NCBI GenBank assembly: GCA_019429125.1
Contig: JAHYJO010000004.1
Span: 156 to 64,155, forward strand
Reading direction: 5' to 3'
Origin: Nanobdellati archaeon
GTDB lineage: Archaea > EX4484-52 > GLR71
DNA length: 64,000 nt
In this document: in pieces, positions 62,006 through 64,000 of the stretch
Numbering within the stretch: position 1 is the stretch's first letter
How the letters are laid out: each line of letters begins with the position of its first letter
Translations under genes and position numbers: made by a program
The notes under the pieces: generated by a model
The model's database searches: none
Told to the model about the DNA's origin: nothing
What the model saw: the letters and a program-made list of their open reading frames with translations, nothing else

Positions 62006-64000
62006 ATGTTTGTTATGTGTTTCTATTCATTTAAATCGCAATTAATAATTAAAAGAAAATCTTACGGGCAACTTAATTCTCCTACAAAGACAATAGTTGT
62101 TATGTTTGTTATCGTGTTTATATTTGTACAATATTTAGTTTTTGTATTTACTCCTGTCAATTTATTATATGATAACAGTACTTCAGTTAGTACTTCTTTT
62201 ACTTCTCTTATAACTGGCAATGTTTTGGGTGTGGTAGGGGGTACGAATATTAATGGAGGAGTTAATGAATCTTTAAGTGAAGTACTAGATGAACTTTTAG
62301 AGGAATTAAATGATTCTTTGAATGATGAACTAAATGAATTAATAAATGAATTAATAAATGAATTAATAAATGAAACACCAAATGAATCAACTATTTCTGT
62401 ACCAACTTTTACTGAAACTATTTTGGTTAATGAAACTTTAAATGAGAATTTAACTGAAGAATTAAATGAAACAAATATTGAAATAAATGTATCTGGTAAT
62501 GAATCAAATGAAATAATCAATACTACTATTAATGTGATTAATGGGACAATTATTAATGAGACAATTCCACAAATACCGTCTCAAGTCATGGTAATTGATC
62601 TTATTTATCCGCAAATTGTGAAGATTGCACAAGATTTTGATATTGTTGCAGCTTTTACATCACTTTATTTTAAAGCAAACATAACTTCAATACTTTCTAT
62701 ACCAAGTAGCTTTTCAACAGATGATAATCTTAGTAGACAGATTTCTATTGAGATTAATAATACACAGACAATTGCATGGACAATAAATCCAACATCTTGC
62801 GGTAATTATTCATACAGCATAACTTCATCAACAAATGGTACCGTGAATTCTAAGCAGGGAAATATAATGGTTGAATGTGATATAAATCCTTCAATATCTA
62901 TAACGGCGTCAATTATTGAAAGTGGGGATTCAAAAATACTTGAAGTTGTCGGTCGTGTATTTGATAGTAATACTGATGAGAATGTTCCTGCAAATGTTAC
63001 GGCTGAGGTTTCTGAAGAAACGGGTGATATAATTTTTGTGCGTACACAATACACGGAGGGACCTTTTAAGTTTGAATTTACCATGCCTAAAGAAGCACAG
63101 GGTTTTTACAACTTTGAGGTTTTTGCAAGTACTCAACATGGTCTTGCATTCAATTCAAGCACTGTCTATGTGAACAGAGTAGTGTCACAAGGCGTGGTCA
63201 ATGTGGATACGTTGAAGAATGTGTATTTATTAAATGAAATTGTAAAAATTGTTGTAGGGGTTGTTTCATCAAATGGTGTGCGCATATTGAATTCTGCTGT
63301 GGCAGTTGCTGTTACCACACCTAGCGGTTTAGTTTCTAATTATTACACAATGGATGGAAGTTTGGAGGATTATGGTGATGGGCTATATGTTATAATGTAT
63401 GTGCCTGAGATGCCTGGTAATTATACAATTGTTGCATCTGCTATCTCAATTGATGATGATTTAGATGTTGAAAATGAGACAATTTTTGAGGTTGTGTCAA
63501 TTACTGATTTTGAGGATATAGATAAGATTAATGTTACTAATGTTACTATTATTACAAATGTAACTAATGTGATAAATGTAACTAATGTTACAACAATTAT
63601 GAATATTACTAATGTTACAACAATTATGAATATTACAAATGTTACAAATATGTTGAATGTTACAAATATTACGAACGAAACAACACTTTTGGTTGAGGAA
63701 GTTGAGATTGTTCAAGGTGCTGCTGAGGTTGGAAAACCGGTTAAATGGTACAAAGTTATACGTGTAAAAAATACTGCTGATGTTGATGTGGAACAGGGGG
63801 TAATTGATGCAAATATACCTATTTTATCTGAAAATATAATTGTCAGTGAAAAAGATGATAAAACAAGTGGAAAATATGGAATATTAGTTTCAACGTCATC
63901 TACATCATCAACGTCATCTACAGGAACTTTGAAAGTTAAAGCTAATAGTAGAAAATGGACAGAATCTGTCATTAAATCAAAAGAGACAAAAGAGTATGTT
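62006..64000 (+). CDS. Large secreted N-glycosylation-sequon-rich surface protein with NVT tandem repeats. Partial: it runs off the window end.
   Basis: This frame is open from 61937 to 64000 with no stop. It is not in the ORF track, presumably because it has no in-window stop. It starts with a signal peptide MFVMCFYSFKSQLIIKRKSYGQ...VVMFVIVFIFVQYLVFVF. More than 45 N-x-S/T sequons follow, along with LNELINELINELINE and NVTNVTIITNVTNVINVTNVTTIMNITNVTTIMNITNVTNMLNVTNITNETT repeats. Confidence 0.6.
   Translation, partial: MFVMCFYSFKSQLIIKRKSYGQLNSPTKTIVVMFVIVFIFVQYLVFVFTPVNLLYDNSTSVSTSFTSLITGNVLGVVGGTNINGGVNESLSEVLDELLEELNDSLNDELNELINELINELINETPNESTISVPTFTETILVNETLNENLTEELNETNIEINVSGNESNEIINTTINVINGTIINETIPQIPSQVMVIDLIYPQIVKIAQDFDIVAAFTSLYFKANITSILSIPSSFSTDDNLSRQISIEINNTQTIAWTINPTSCGNYSYSITSSTNGTVNSKQGNIMVECDINPSISITASIIESGDSKILEVVGRVFDSNTDENVPANVTAEVSEETGDIIFVRTQYTEGPFKFEFTMPKEAQGFYNFEVFASTQHGLAFNSSTVYVNRVVSQGVVNVDTLKNVYLLNEIVKIVVGVVSSNGVRILNSAVAVAVTTPSGLVSNYYTMDGSLEDYGDGLYVIMYVPEMPGNYTIVASAISIDDDLDVENETIFEVVSITDFEDIDKINVTNVTIITNVTNVINVTNVTTIMNITNVTTIMNITNVTNMLNVTNITNETTLLVEEVEIVQGAAEVGKPVKWYKVIRVKNTADVDVEQGVIDANIPILSENIIVSEKDDKTSGKYGILVSTSSTSSTSSTGTLKVKANSRKWTESVIKSKETKEYV

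Noticed and set aside
62062-63972. Five minus-strand ORFs in the track (62062..62520, 62806..63084, 62930..63139, 63497..63715, 63712..63972)
   Set aside because: They are antisense to a continuous stop-free + frame with a signal peptide and coherent repeat structure. Their translations are low-complexity (NISNI, CNISNIHNCC).

Overview
This is a roughly 64 kb, AT-rich segment that by gene content comes from a small-genome archaeon; the exact lineage cannot be called from sequence alone. Most of it is densely packed housekeeping DNA. Its clearer components include: dnaG primase; a protease block with an M18 aminopeptidase, tldD/pmbA and an M24 Xaa-Pro peptidase; archaeosine tRNA-guanine transglycosylase; a radB-rpa-radA operon; CDC48; archaeal ThrRS and TyrRS; the conserved S15 / RecJ-like DHH / S3Ae trio; a reverse-gyrase-less type IA topoisomerase; RtcA; a Bud32 kinase; a Nog1 GTPase; a CPA2 antiporter; CNNM/CorC; and a MinD-like ATPase. 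Several accessory or decaying elements sit among these. A restriction-modification pair next to tRNA-Gln(UUG) is inactivated by in-frame TAA/TAG codons. A YhcG-like nuclease, a tentative NUDIX-like remnant and a HEPN toxin gene are also interrupted. Most interrupting stops that can be judged fall at conserved Gln positions: 5 of the 7 I can assign, the exceptions being a GAA->TAA in the NUDIX remnant and a probable TGG->TAG in HEPN. A ~258 bp MITE with 13 bp terminal inverted repeats occurs three times. A second ~280 bp repeat family occurs as two inverted copies 39.7 kb apart. An HD-hydrolase/SWIM-protein operon reads into the tRNA. A split FlaJ-like pair sits beside a FlaI-like ATPase with no pilin genes, followed by an ASCH-like and a Kazal-like secreted protein. 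A strongly GT-skewed 750 bp intergenic region carries repeated TTCACGT motifs in front of an ORC/ExeA-like AAA+ ATPase. A large secreted protein rich in N-x-S/T sequons and NVT tandem repeats runs off the right end of the window. No CRISPR array, rRNA or intact transposase gene was seen.
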